A stretch of 64,000 nucleotides of DNA from the human T2T-CHM13v2.0 reference genome, Homo sapiens: contig CP068257.2 of assembly GCA_009914755.4 (NCBI GenBank), positions 33,440,001 through 33,504,000 on the forward strand, in the 5' to 3' direction. This document shows, piece by piece, positions 40,440-53,845 of this stretch. Below the pieces are notes generated by a model. The model saw only the letters and a program-made list of their open reading frames with translations. It made no database searches and had not been told where the DNA came from. Every line of letters begins with the position of its first letter. The first letter of the stretch is position 1. The translations under genes were made by a program, and so were the position numbers.

Positions 40440-40620
40440 CCTTGGCATACCCCTATGAGATATGCACCGTTACAGGCTCCATTCAACTGATAAGGACACT
40501 TAGGTTCAGAGATGTTGAGTGATTTGTCCATGATCACACAGCTGTCAGAAGTGGAGCTGGGACTCCAACCCAGGGAGGACGTCTACAGAGCCTAGTTCAC
40601 ACATCTCTGTTCTTCCATCC
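40440..40620 (-). mobile_element. MIR SINE fragment, antisense
   Basis: ..gataaggacacttaggttcagagatgttgagtgatttgtccatgatcacacagctgtcagaagtggagctgggactccaacccagggaggacgtctacagagcc matches the MIR reverse complement (..gaggcacagagaggttaagtaacttgcccaaggtcacacagctagtaagtggcagagccgggattcgaacccagg..). Confidence 0.55.
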
Positions 40621-43600
40621 TTAAACCTTGTAGAATGCAGTGGAGGAGCAAGGCAAGCTGCGGGCCATGGGGATTCTTTATTCTGATTATCTGAAAAGAC
40701 CAAAGAGTTTAGACTGCTCACTGGGCTTCCCTTCTCCCCACTGTCCATGGAGAACAATGTCAAGGTCAGCTTTAAATTTCACCACGTATGGTCTCATTGG
40801 AACAACTGATGAGTAGAATAGTCCATTTATTGTCTTATTTGAGAACTCTGTAGAGATTAGTTTTATAACATTAGTAAAATACACCTCAACATTTTGACTT
40901 TTTGCCTCAAAGATCATTTTAACAATTTGAGTCACTGTGATGGGAGTTTAATATTTTTAAGCAGCATATTGACAAGTGTTTCATACACAAAGAAGCCAAG
41001 ACAGAATTGAAGCTTACAGTGTCAGGGAGATAGTTTGCCTACTGTTAATATTTGTGTCACTGGGTTTGTAACTTTACATATGATCACAAACGTTATGTTA
41101 CATATTAACATAAACATCCTCAATATTCAAATCTATCTGTGTTTCATTTGCATGGTGTAAGAGTGATAGCATCTGTCACTTAAAGAGGTTGCCTAACAGT
41201 CTTTAATCCAAAATAGAAATGTGTGAGATTTTATCCTTTTCTTTGATGCTTTGTAATTATACAAGTTATATTTTATCCAAGTTTATATCCATCAATTTTT
41301 ATCTAAGTTTATATCCATCAGGTACATCAAAATAAAAATATTTTAATTACCTCTTGAAATAATTTGTCCAAGTCAATAAGTGGCATGAATTACATCACTG
41401 AGGCCATAACAAGGATACACAAACATGGCAGAATCACACAGATTGTTTGTCTACACAAACAAGATGGTAGAATCCATCCTGTTACTGAGACTTTTCCAGA
41501 AAAGCCTATTATTTCTGCAAGCAGATGTGGTTTAATCTTATTTGAATGGTATTTTTGATATAACGTGCCTGGGAATTAGGTAATGAAATTGGCTGTGTGC
41601 ATTCATGTGTTCATTTGTTCAGGCATGTATAGAGCCTTCTGTAGTGAGCTTTATTCTGCAGGATAGACTATAATGGTACTTTCTTCATTGCTACAGTCTT
41701 GGCTTGCAATGCTTTTTTCTTGCTGACCTAAAACCCATCTCTAGACCTAAGGAAATTTATTTTCTAACACCTTGAGATAGTAATATGCTGTGTGTGGAGG
41801 AGATAAGATCATCACTTAAATAAAAGCTAACACTGAGACTTTCTCCTCCCTGGCCATCTGCACATTGGACAATACCTGACTCCAACCTAAAATAATCAAC
41901 TCCAGAGTTATACTTAATGCCTCTGGCAGGCCTGCCTATTGCCAGAGAGTTTTGGGCCTAGGAATAAAGGCAACAAGGATTGGCCATTTCTGGAGGTAGG
42001 AAGCAAATGGAAACTCATAATTTTCAGATGGCTCTGCATCTTTGGGGTAAGAACTGGATGTTTGGGGTGTTTTATAGACTATATTTATTTGTCCATCTAT
42101 AGCTCCCTACCCTCCATCTCCCTCTCTCTCTCTCTTCCTCTCACCCCTCCCATCTATTATTTATCTCATTTTAGGTCATTCTTAACATAGCTGTAGAAAA
42201 AGTAAACCTTCTGGTGTGTTTTAATTCTGGATCCCTCAGGGTGACCTTTGGTCTTTGGGAACTGTGGTTTATGCTGGTGCTGAGGGTGGCCATGCAGCTG
42301 TGGAGACAGGGAGGGATAGAGGGGGTGTAAATGCACTTTATCTTCATGGCACTCCATCTTGTGACTCCTGGCATGTCACAGTGTGTACTGCGGTCCCATG
42401 GACTCAACTGGGCTTTTATAAATAATTTGCATTGTTCATTTAGTTGCAGTTTAAACTACAATATATGGAGGTTTAAAGAAAAATCAAGTTACCACTGGGG
42501 TGTTTTGCTCTGTTTGCAAATAAACCTCTCTTCCTATATAGAGGAATATAAAAACTTAACCCAATAATATGATATAAAGAAAAAACTGTAGCCAATATGT
42601 TTGGGTTAGATTAAATAAACAAGTGTGCTTATTACACTTTTACTATTTTTTTTTTTGTGGTTTTATTATAAAGTAAGAAATCCCCTATCACAAATAATAC
42701 CTTATTTTTATAGACTCCTATCCTAGGGCTGTCAAAGAGCTTAATTCCAGGGATGAAACTTCATTCTCACAGGAATCACCTGGGGAAAATGTATATTTAG
42801 GCCTTTTAATCTCCATGTCTCAAAGCATAAAACTAGTGATGCCATAGATTAGCTCCTCCTTTCCCTGAAATGCAACATGCACTGTACATGCATGCGCTGT
42901 ACTGTAAAGGAGCATCACATGCATGTAGAGTGTGCAGGGAAGACAGGAAATGAAAATGCATCTCCCTGAGCTGTAGTTGGTTTAGGTAAGAGTTTATGGA
43001 AAATACGATTATTGACTGGTATGTATTTCAATGTGTGTTAGGTGGAGTTGCTCATGGACTCTTAGAGTTGAAGTGGAACAGACAGGTCTCCCAGCTCTCC
43101 AGCTCTGTTAAACAAGAGAAAGATGCTTGTGATGCCTCAGCTCAACTGTAATGAGGTCAACTCCTATCACTGCCGTTTCATCTCAGTGTTGATTCAGAAC
43201 GCTTCCAGTTAAGTCCAACGCCCAAATCATCCTCACAAATTCCGTTAAGCCACAGCTCCCTCATCTTACTCTACACCCCCTCAGAGGTTTATTCTCATTC
43301 CACCCACTCTTAATTTCCCGCGGTCCTCCCAGAACTTCGGTTCCTCCATTTGCTTTCAGTCCATCTGGATCCACCTGGCTTTACTTCCCTCTTTATCCAG
43401 CCCGGCCTCCTTGGTTGCCAGGGTTTGTCAGTTCTCACTGGTAATCTCTCTCCCTCCTTGTCTACTTGTCATTCAGAGCTGGCAAAATTCCACCTGGGAA
43501 CCCATACATCATTGGCCTTCTCCACTCTCAAGCCTGGGGGCTGAGCCCAGCTGGAGAAAATCACTAAGATCCTTCAACCAGTCCCACCAGGAAGCTCCCG

Positions 43601-45179
43601 CGGCTGTTCCAAGCTCTTGCCTCTCTCCCATGCTCTGCTTCACTGTCCTCCTGTCTCACAGCAGATTGTCCGGCCTCAGCTTCCTGCCTCAAATGCCCAG
43701 ATGAATGCATCTGTACCCAGACCCGTTTTTAATTCCTGCTCCTTATTTCCTCTCTCTCCTGCCAATCCCATCAGCCATGCTCTGACCTGCTTTCTCTCCT
43801 GCTTCCTCCAGACCTTGTTCCCTCAACCCTCTTCCCTCTCTGCAGTATCCTCATCTCCCTCTCTACTAGGCCTTCCCCTTAGCATAGAAGCACACTTACA
43901 TGTTTCCTCTGTGTACAAATAAACATAGCAATGAGTTTTAGAAAATGTTCCGTTCAACACGCTTTTCTTGACGTTCTCAATTTCATTGATTTCCAATTCC
44001 CCCAACTCCAGGCACACTCTCCTAGGGCCACACCCTGCATATTACCTGGAATTCTTCCTTCTCTGCCAGGATCCCTCTCACTGCCCATAATATTGTGTTA
44101 TCTTTTGTCATCATTCTGTGTGCCTACTACACCTGTTCTTTGATCTCTTAGGGGCTCCGATTGCTCCATTTCCTTGTTGCCTTCATTCCTATTGCTTAGT
44201 GGCCTGGATCTCATGGCTCTTGCCTTGAAGCCATGAAGCTCATGGCTTCAGCCTCTGTCTGTCTACATCTTCTTTCCCATTCTCATTTTTCCACCACACT
44301 CACTGGTAAACTCCATCCCTGGATTAATACAACCATCCACCCTTCCTACACCTGGACTACTGGTGAAGCTCACATACCATGAGGGTTGGTGCCCTATGCA
44401 GCTATAGCCTCCAGCTTGAACTGGAAGCTCAGCTATATCCCACTCTCCTTCCACAGGTCCCATAATACCTTCCTCTTCCATTCCCCTAAATCATTGTTTC
44501 TCTACAGTCTTCAAATCCCCCTTGGAACTATCTCTTCTCTTTCTTTTAGGGGGTGACAGGTCTTCTTAATACTCCAATTAATGAAAACTAACTCAAAGTA
44601 ACACCTTCAGTGCTCTGTCTCAAGCACTGGTTACAGATGCACCTACTCTCAGAGCCCTGAAATTTCCATGGAAAAAGTGATACCCACTTCTCACAGCTAA
44701 TGTTCCCACATGGACTCCAGATCCTATCCCCTACTTGCATCCTTCAGGGTCATGCCTTATTAATCATCTCATTATCTTTCATTTCTAGTAACTTTTGTTC
44801 TATTGCCTCTTCCCTCTAAGCACATATAATAACTATGTTTAAATCTCCATCCACAAACCAAATTAAAAATAAGAACAAAGCACAAAATTCATCCTTGATC
44901 TTATATCTTTCTATACTGTCCACTTTCTCTTTTGCTTCCATCACAGGCAAATTTTTGGAATTAATTAATGCTCTCCCTCATCTCATAAACCTTCTGGGGA
45001 CCTTGTTTCTGTTCCAGCATGCCACTCAAACTATCTTTAAATTACTGGGACTTTCCTATTCTCATGCACATTTGTTTCATGTTCTTCAACTTCTACAGGT
45101 GCTTTGTTGGGAGAAATTATCTCCTAGATTTCTATGATAGTTTACTCCAGGTTAACTCTTTCCTCCTCCCACCATTTCT

Positions 45180-45520
45180 TCTCATGATCTTCAACAGGTT
45201 TCTCTTCCTCTGCTTTTCTTTAAAGTGTTTCTCAATCCAAGAGCCCTATCGGAATCCTGCAAAACCTACCACTGAGTTCTCCTTGATGAAGTGTTTCCTA
45301 AATGAATCCCTTAACCAATTGAACTCTCTCATTTAGAGATACCCAATACTATGGAAATTTACCATCCTGATCATCATTTGTTCTTTGTATACTTTCCTTA
45401 TCTGGCCCATGAGTTCCTCATGAGCAGGGTCATGGCCCTATGTCTGGTTGTGGCTTACAGAGAAGACAGCCAGTCAGTACTTGTTTAATGTAACCCAGTT
45501 GAGCTGTTATCCTTTCTCTC
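45180..45520 (+). mobile_element. Probable L2 (ancient LINE) 3'-terminal fragment, sense
   Basis: ..gtgtttcctaaatgaatcccttaaccaattgaactctc.. and ..ggcccatgagttcctcatgagcagggtcatggccctatgtctggttgtggcttacagagaagacagccagtcagtacttgtttaatg resemble the L2/MIR shared 3' end (..ctgtaagctccatgagggcagggac..ggcacatagtaggtgctcaataaatatttgttgaatgaatg). Diverged and tentative. Confidence 0.35.
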
Positions 45521-46740
45521 TGTTGTCTGTTTACATTATATATTAGCTGCCCTTACAGAAGATCTGTCCTGCCTTTGTTCTTTTACTTGACTCTCATTTT
45601 AGGTCTTAGCAAATTTTGCAAACTTCTTTGAAGCACAAAGATTCTCAACACTATTTCTTACTTGCATTTATGTTCATCTTCTTTCCTTTTTTTTTTTTTT
45701 TTTTTGTACAAGTGTTCTTACGTCTGACTTTACCAGAGAATTTCCTGTTTGGCTACCTCTTGAGATACTTCCCCATTTTCTTCCCAGTCGGGATTGTGCT
45801 ATGAACAAGGACCCTTCCCTCTCCAGACTTGTTTCATGCTCACGTCTTAGAATTCCACCAATCTTTGCTCTAAGCTTTTAGAGTTCTGCCTCCTCAAAAG
45901 GCGGTCACCCACCTGACAATACCCAGCTCACCCATGGTTGGCTGTGGGAGGCTCTAGAGTAACCTGCTCCTTTTATCTCCAGGGCCCCCGTCACTTCCTC
46001 CTTGGTTAGAATAGATCCAGAGAAGCAGCTCTGCCTCGCTTCCTCTTTGGACTGAAGTCGATTTCTAGCAGCTGTCCCTGTGGGCTCCCTGCACCCGGGC
46101 CCCTCCCTCTGCAGTCACCCAACCTCTCTGGCAGCATCTGTGCTGTTTGATCCATGCCTGGAAAACATCAGTGCTTCCTCCATCTGGATGGGTGGTCTCC
46201 AGCATCGTCCCACTCTCCCTCCCTCCTTTAATCTTCAACCAAACTCTCTGTGCACATTCTTCCATCATGGTCACACATTTCACTCCAGGTGTATATGGCT
46301 TTGACTGGCTTAGCTATTGATCCTATTTCTTTTGAACATGGCATTTCCTAGACCTTGGTGTTCTAGGCCAATTAAAAACCTGCTTCCTTATATCCTGGTG
46401 AGGGCAAATAATGGTGTTTACCTTCCTGCATTAATATCCAACATGCATTTTATTTGTTAACTATATTTTATCCCTACTCATTTGGTACATGAACATAATC
46501 ACTCATTCTGTGCCTCTTCAAGTTATTCCTGACTGTGAATTACTTGACACCACTAGTATTATTTTTCTCTGTAAACTTTCCCAATATTTATTTGATACTA
46601 CACATTTTGCAGAACAAAGCCTCGATTATTTTTATTCTTTATTTTTTAATTTTGACTTTTAAAGTTCCTTATTTTCTATTTATTATTCTATTGTTCTATA
46701 CAACAAAGTTAATTATTACTGTTAACTTTTTAAAAAAAAA

Positions 46741-47170
46741 ACTTTTAAGTTCAAGGGTACAAGTGCAGGTTTGTTACATAGGTCAACTTGTGTCATAGGG
46801 GTTTGTTGTACAGATTATCTTATCACCCAATAGTTATTTTTCCTGATTGTCTCCCTCCTCCTACCTTCCAAACTCCAAAAGGCCCCATTGTGTGTTGTTT
46901 CTTTCTGTGTGTCCATGTGTCCTCATCACTTAACTCCCACTTATAAGTGAGAACTTGTGGTATTTGGTTTTCCATTCCTGTGTTAGTTTGCTAGGGATAA
47001 TGGCCTCCAGCTCTATCCATGTCCCTGCAAAGGACATGATCTTGTTCTCTTTTATGGCTGCGTAGTATTCCATCATGTATATGTACCATATTTTCTTTAT
47101 CCAGTCTATTATTTATGGACATTTAGGTTGATTCCATGTCTTTGCTATTGTGAATAGTGTTGCATAACTT
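46741..47170 (-). mobile_element. L1 (older primate L1PB/L1MA-like) 3'-terminal fragment, antisense
   Basis: acttttaagttcaagggtacaagtgcaggtttgttacataggtcaacttgtgtcatagg...cacttataagtgagaacttgtggtatttggttttccattcctgtgttagtttgctagggataatggcctccagctctatccatgtccctgcaaaggacatgatcttgttctcttttatggctgcgtagtattccatcatgtatatgtaccatattttctttatccagtctattatttatggacatttaggttgattccatgtctttgctattgtgaatagtg. Confidence 0.8.
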
Positions 47171-47285
47171 AGTTCAGCCATTGTGGAAGACAGTGTGACA
47201 TTTCCTCAAAGACTTAAAAACGGAAATACCATTCAACCCAGCAATCCCATTACTGGGTAAATACCTAAAGGGAGAACATTATTTT
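47171..47285 (+). mobile_element. L1 fragment in sense orientation, inverted relative to the adjacent L1 piece
   Basis: ..gccattgtggaagacagtgtgacatttcctcaaagacttaaaaacggaaataccattcaacccagcaatcccattactgggtaaatacctaaagggagaaca is sense-strand L1 (..ACCATTGTGGAAGACAGTGTGGCGATTCCTCAA..ACCATTTGACCCAGCAATCCCATTACTGGGTATATACCCAAAGGA..). In L1 coordinates it lies immediately upstream of the antisense piece. Confidence 0.6.
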
Positions 47286-47764
47286 TTATTACTATTATTA
47301 TTTGACCATTTTGGGAGGTTATCTTCACGATTTATACATGATTTTCAGGAACCCCTATTTCAGTACAATAATTTATGATGCAGAAAATTAAATCCCATCC
47401 TGAGGATAATAGTAATAGTAGTATTAGTGGCAACAGCACTAGCAATAGTAGTAGTTATTCTATTAAATATCCAATACATATTTATTAAGCACCTATTATG
47501 GGCCAAGCACCCTGTTATATGTAGGGGAGAAAACAGTGGAATACATTCAAACTGTCCCTGACCCAGTGGAGTCTGCTGTCTCCTGAGGGGCTCACATATT
47601 CACATGAATAAAAATAAAAGTTAGACCTATGGTACAGGCATGGCAGAGGCTACTGGTCACCCCCCACTAACCCAATCCATCTGTAGATTTTTAGGGGTAG
47701 AACCTCTGAGGTAGCTGGACTCATGGCTGCTCAGCCAGAGACAGAGGCCATATCTCCCTCTTAA

Positions 47765-48300
<536 letters not shown>

Positions 48301-48428
48301 CCTGTGTCTATGTATAGGCATAGATTTTTCAATATCATATGTGTGTGTGTACATACAACCTATATGTGTAAACACAAACCTGCAGACTGTGTGTATGTGT
48401 ACAGAGGTCACACCAGTCCTTCAATTAA

Positions 48429-48743
48429 TTAATTTATTTATTTATTTTTGGAGACAGGGTCTTGCTCTGTCTCCCAGGCTGGAGTGCAGTGGTGCTATCT
48501 CGACTCACTGCAACCTCTGCCTCCAGGGTTCAAGCAAATTCTTGTGCTTCAGTGTCCTGAGTATCTGGGACTACAACCAGGCACCACCACGCCTGGCCAT
48601 TTTTTTTTTTTTTTTTTGTATTTTAATAGAGATGGGTCTTCACCATGTTGCTCAGCCTAGTCTCAAACTCCTGAGCTCAGGCAAGCCACCCGCCTCAGCC
48701 TCCCAAAGTGCTAGGATTACAGGCGTGAGCCACCGTGCCTGGT
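48429..48743 (-). mobile_element. Alu SINE, antisense, with a (TTTA)n-modified tail
   Basis: (ttta)n ttttggagacagggtcttgctctgtctcccaggctggagtgcagtggtgctatctcgactcactgcaacctctgcctccagggttcaagcaaattcttgtgcttcag...caggcgtgagccaccgtgcctgg. Target-site duplication agtccttcaatt(t)aat at 48415-48430 and 48745-48760. Confidence 0.9.
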
Positions 48744-49513
48744 AGTCCTTCAATTTAATACTGCAAATTTAACCTTGCTTCACTGTACGGCATCAGCTCC
48801 TTGGACATCTACACGGACTGTGGACACCATTTGATCCAATGTATAGCTAGTTCTCCCCATGGCTATTCAACTATACGTGCCCCCAGTATTCAAAGGACAT
48901 TTGGAAACTCATCTGATATCTCCAAGTGCTGCTGCAAATAAGATCCTGATGCTGTTTTAGGCACCTGAGTAAAGTCAAAATCTAAGTACAACTATAACTA
49001 TGACAGTTTTAGAGAGATTCTTGGCTTACTGCTGTTGAGCCACTTACACAATTCTGCAGAGAATAAATGTAGGAGAGAGCAACCTCTTTCCTGCCACCTG
49101 ACCTTCACTTGGTGGTCAGTCGTGTGGAGCTGGACGTCACTGTCAGCTTCAGTGGAGTCCAACTGCTGACAGATAAGTGGGAGCACATGGCACGTGCGAG
49201 ATAAGAGCCTATAAGAGCCTGGCGGCCTGAAATAAATGGCAACAACAATGCTCTTCTAAGTGGTCTTCCGAGAAAGCCCTGTTATCATCAGCATTGTTCA
49301 CACTTAGTAACAACTTTCCTTGAATGGGGTTTTCAACATGTTTGTTCCTTTCAGTCTGAATTATCTGCCAGGGAAGAAACTCTTTCTAAAGTCCGTCAAC
49401 AGTTGTGAGATTGGGTTGAGGCTCTCAAAGGAGTTTCCGGCTGTTGTCAACACAGCAGGAAGGGGCAAGGATAAAGGGTGATTTAGGAGCCTGTGCCTGG
49501 GTAGGTCCTGCCA

Positions 49514-49576
49514 GAGCCAGCCCAGCCCAGCCCAGCCCAGCCCAGCCCAGCACAGCACAGCACAGCCCTGCCCAGT
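49514..49576. repeat. Pentanucleotide (CCCAG)6-(CACAG)3 tandem repeat
   Basis: agccagcccagcccagcccagcccagcccagcccagcacagcacagcacagccctgcccag. Followed by a CpG cluster (gtcacgcgagcgcc). Confidence 0.9.
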
Positions 49577-49856
49577 AGGTCACGCGAGCGCCATCAGCCA
49601 AGGCTTTTGGAAAAACCTATGACAAGGTTTTCAGCTTTTCAGAGATGTGCCAGGACTAACACAGTGTTACTGGGGAGAAATTAAGAATGTATCCGACGTG
49701 TGATTCCCAACTTCATTTTCTGCCTACTCGCTTTAAACAGCCAGTATACAAGAGGCCACTCAGCCATGGAGAAAGTCCCTGAAAGTTCTACGAGATATTC
49801 TGATCTTAGTATATTGGGTTCTTAATCTGAACCATATTGAAAATTCCACCATGTAG

Positions 49857-50197
<341 letters not shown>

Positions 50198-53029
50198 CCA
50201 TCATAATTTTTCTGTAACTCCCCAGGTGACCAGTGCATCTGGCACAGTAATGCTCAATAAACAAGAGTTAAAGTGAACGGAAGATGCTAAATGCCACCGC
50301 CGATTGTCATCTACTGATGTATGTTTGAGAGAAATCTTACGGTGATTTCCCACAGCTGTCCTGGAGTCATATAAAGAGATATTTTGAGGGATTAATTCTA
50401 AATATTGGGAATGGAAAGAGAGAAAAGCTCTGAGAAAACTTCTTCATTTCGGTGATCAGGAGAAGATGTGTAAAGTATCATGACTTGCATTTTTACTCTC
50501 TGGACGAAGTTGTTTTCTTATTATTTTTTACTTTCATTTGTTCATTCACTCATTTACTGATCCACAGGCTTTGGAGTCAGACCTAGGGCTGTACCATCCT
50601 ACTGTGCAGCTATGGTGGGCCATTGGGCAAGTCTCTGGTATCTCTAAGCCTCAATATCCCACCAAATGTAAAACTAATTCATTCAGTCAAGAGATGCTTT
50701 TAAGCACCTCCTAGGTTTCAGGTGTGGAAGAGAGTGAGCAAGAGAGACACAGGCCCTACTTTTGTGGAGCAACTGAACATGAAAGTATCAAATTAGAATA
50801 TAGGTTTGAAGAAATGTGGAATGATGCACACAGACACAACAAGACAGAAAATATGAAAGGGTGAATAAGAATGATAAGGACTAGTTAAAATTTCAAAACG
50901 AGAGACTAGAGAGAGAAGAAATGTTTGAGGATAAAAGGTTGATGATTTTTCAGGTATTAGGAAAGACAAAGGCCTTAGGTCCAGAGGGGACATTTGTCCC
51001 CTCTGGATCTGGAGATATTTGTATTATAGTGACATTACAAAATGCCAGAGATGATAAAAATAACTTAAAAGCAGCCCTAGAGAAATGACAGACATCAAAA
51101 GGAATAATAATCAGATCAACAGAAGTTTTGACAATAATGGATCCGCAAAGACGATAAAATTCTAAGAGAAAATAACTTTGCCAAGCCACTCTACCTTTCA
51201 AAAACAAGGTTGAACACATTTTCATATAATAAGATGTAAGGACTCTCACCTTGAAAAAAAATCCTCATGAAAGGAACTTCTAAAGGACATACTTCGGGGA
51301 AAAAGGACATAAATACAGAAGAAATATCTCAAACCTCAGATATGATCAAGAGTGTGAGCAAAGAAAAATTGGTAGCCACGTGGATAAATCCAAACATACT
51401 TTGACTGAATAAACCAATAGTCACATTAATAACAAATTATAGAATAGAAAACATTGTGGAACTAAAAACCTAACTAATTAAATAATGGTAATAGTTTAGG
51501 TGAGAGGAAGATGGCCTGTACTACAGGATGGACAACGAAGAAAGGACATTAGAAAGCATGTTAGAGCAAGTATTAATAAAACCTGGGAACTGGAGATGAA
51601 GGTAAAGAAGAGGGAGGATTCAGGGATGCTCAAAGTTCTTTTCTTGGGCAAATTAACTTCTCAAGACCTCAGGTTCCATATTAGAATAGTGAATGGACTG
51701 CACGAAATGACATAGAATTATTTTTATTCTGCTATATTAAGTGTTCAATATGTGCCAGCAATTATTACTTCCACAATATTGAGAGAGTGTTTTGTTTGTT
51801 CCCCATGGGTGAGACAAAGATGACCTGAACATGATCTAAGTGCTGAATAAGCTTAAAATGTGGTAAAAGAAATACATACACTACTAAGTCTATTTCAAGC
51901 CAGAGTGTGATCCACATGCCATCAGGGAAGAGCAAACGTTGTTTTGAAAAGCAAAGGAAGAGGAGATGATCCTGCAGTGAAATCCGGGGAAGATTTTCTG
52001 AAAATGTCAAATGGGGCCCTGAAGATTCTTTAGGATTTAAAAATACATAGTTCTTATTTTAATGGTAATATATACCTGTAGGAAATCTGAAAAATTAAAA
52101 TAGTATAAAAAAGAATGAAATTACTTCCAAATCCTATTATCCAGAAATAATCACAGACAACAGGCTACTAGGCATCTCATCAGACTTTTCAAACTCTGAT
52201 TCTCTGTTTCTATGAAATACCTTAACAGTGAATGTTGCATATAACATCATAAAATGTTATGCTTTTATAAAATTTTTAAAGCTCTAGAGGGTTCAATTGT
52301 ATGGATGTGTCATAGCGTAGTGAACCAATCCTGGATGATCAGACACTAATTTTGTTCCTAATCGTTTACTTTTGCCACGGTACTGACATGCACTTTGCAG
52401 TTTTACATACTAAGAATAGAAGAAAAATGAACAATCATGATAGGATGTCTCAGGCATAGAAATCAAGACAAATAGAGGTAGAGTGTGCTCAAGAACATTG
52501 GTTCTTTCCAGTTTCACCGAAATGAGAAGTTTGTGTACACGAATGTGTAGAAACTAGATAGGGGAATAGTAGATGAAACTAGAGCCCATCGTGATGGGTT
52601 CTGAATGAATGATGTGTTTGGACATGATTAGGAAAGTAACTGGGAAGTTGATGATCAGATGTGCAGTTGAGAAAGTTGTATGTAATTAAAAGCAATAGAC
52701 AGTGTATGTCAGTTAAAAATGCTTTCTGCTGCAAGTAATAGTAAACACTTCAAAAAAGTGGCTAATAAAGAGTGTTTATATTTTTCATATAACCCAAATG
52801 GTGACAGCCAGCGGTGGCTGATTGGGTTCAGATGTTCAGTGATATCTACAGAAGGCGCCGGGTCTTCCTGATGCTATGCTCTGTGATGCTTAGAGCACAT
52901 TATTGGCTTTGTGCTTCCTGGCCACAGGATGACTGGTGTAGCTTCAGGCATCATGGCCTCAAATAAGAGCCAGAATCAGGGGTGTTGTTATGGCAGAGAA
53001 AAACCTGCTTGTGTCCCTCTCATCTTTAA

Positions 53030-53525
53030 TCAGTACCTTAGTTTGCCAGGGTTGCCATAACAAAGTACCACAAACTGGTGGCTTAAAACAGCAGAAGTGT
53101 GTTCCCGAGGCTAGAAGTCGAAAAGCAAGGTTTTGGCAGGGCCACGCTCCTCTGAAGGCTCTAGGGAAGGATGCTTTCCTACATCTCTCCTAGCTTCAGG
53201 CGATTGCTGCAATCCTTGGCATCCCTTGGCTTGTAGCTGCATCACTCCAATTTCCGCCTCTGTCTTCACATGGTCTTCTTCCCTGTGTGTTTCCTCTGTG
53301 TCTCTGTATGTTCAAATCTACATCTTCTTACCCTTACAAAGATGCTAACCATTGGAATTAGGGTCCATGGTAATCTAGTATGACTTCATCTTAACTTGAT
53401 TAGATCTGCCAAGACCATATTTCCAAATAAGGCCACACTCCTAGGTGCCATGGATTAGGACTTGAACATACCATTGGGGGGGGGGTCAAAATTCAATCCA
53501 CTACAATTGGGGACCAAAAATTGTT
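53030..53525 (-). mobile_element. ERVL-MaLR solo LTR (MLT1-type), antisense
   Basis: The reverse complement of 53030-53160 reads ccttcagaggagcgtggccctgccaaaaccttgcttttcgacttctagcctcgggaacacacttctgctgttttaagccaccagtttgtggtactttgttatggcaaccctggcaaactaaggtactg, a canonical MaLR 3' end. The body (..cttggcatcccttggcttgtagctgcatcactccaatttccgcctctgtcttcacatggtcttcttccctgtgtg...atctgccaagaccatatttccaaataaggccacactcctaggtgccatggattaggacttgaacata..) is the same family as 20940-21410. Confidence 0.65.
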
Positions 53526-53747
53526 CTCACAATTTCCTGGTAGGTGCTCCTTCATAGCTCATGGCCAGTTCTGAGTCACTACTCATCCCTAGGCCTGGGG
53601 TGTACCCACTTTCTATGGATATTATGAGCTCTCTAGTTGATACTTGACAAAAGTCAGAATTCAAACAAGGGAGAAAAAAGGAGGAGTAGAGAATGTTTGC
53701 TAAATGGGCTACAGGATCTGCCACATAGAGGGACAACTTAGAAACAT

Positions 53748-53845
53748 ATATTCCATATATATGTTTATATATGGAATATTACATATATTACATAATATTA
53801 CATATATATGTTTGGAATATATATACATGGAATATATATATTTCG
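53748..53845. repeat. AT-rich imperfect tandem repeat (minisatellite-like, units around ggaatatatata / attacatatat)
   Basis: catatatatgtttatatatggaatattacatatattacataatattacatatatatgtttggaatatatatacatggaatatatatatttcg. Confidence 0.5.

Noticed and set aside
48341-48745. 134-aa and 105-aa ORFs at 47966-48745, and similar ORFs at 11749-12146, 60576-60841 and 25554-25742
   Set aside because: These are read-throughs of Alu elements (peptides such as ..[16 protein letters not shown].. and ..[15 protein letters not shown].. are classic Alu translations). They are artefacts of SINE sequence, not genes.
49200-49219. Tandem duplication ataagagcct x2
   Set aside because: It is a single 10-bp duplication in unique DNA. 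This is too short to be meaningful and is most likely a simple replication-slippage event.
51700-51900. Possible MIR-like fragment (..attaagtgttcaatatgtgccagcaattattacttcc..)
   Set aside because: Only a short motif-level resemblance to the MIR 3' end, which is insufficient for a call.
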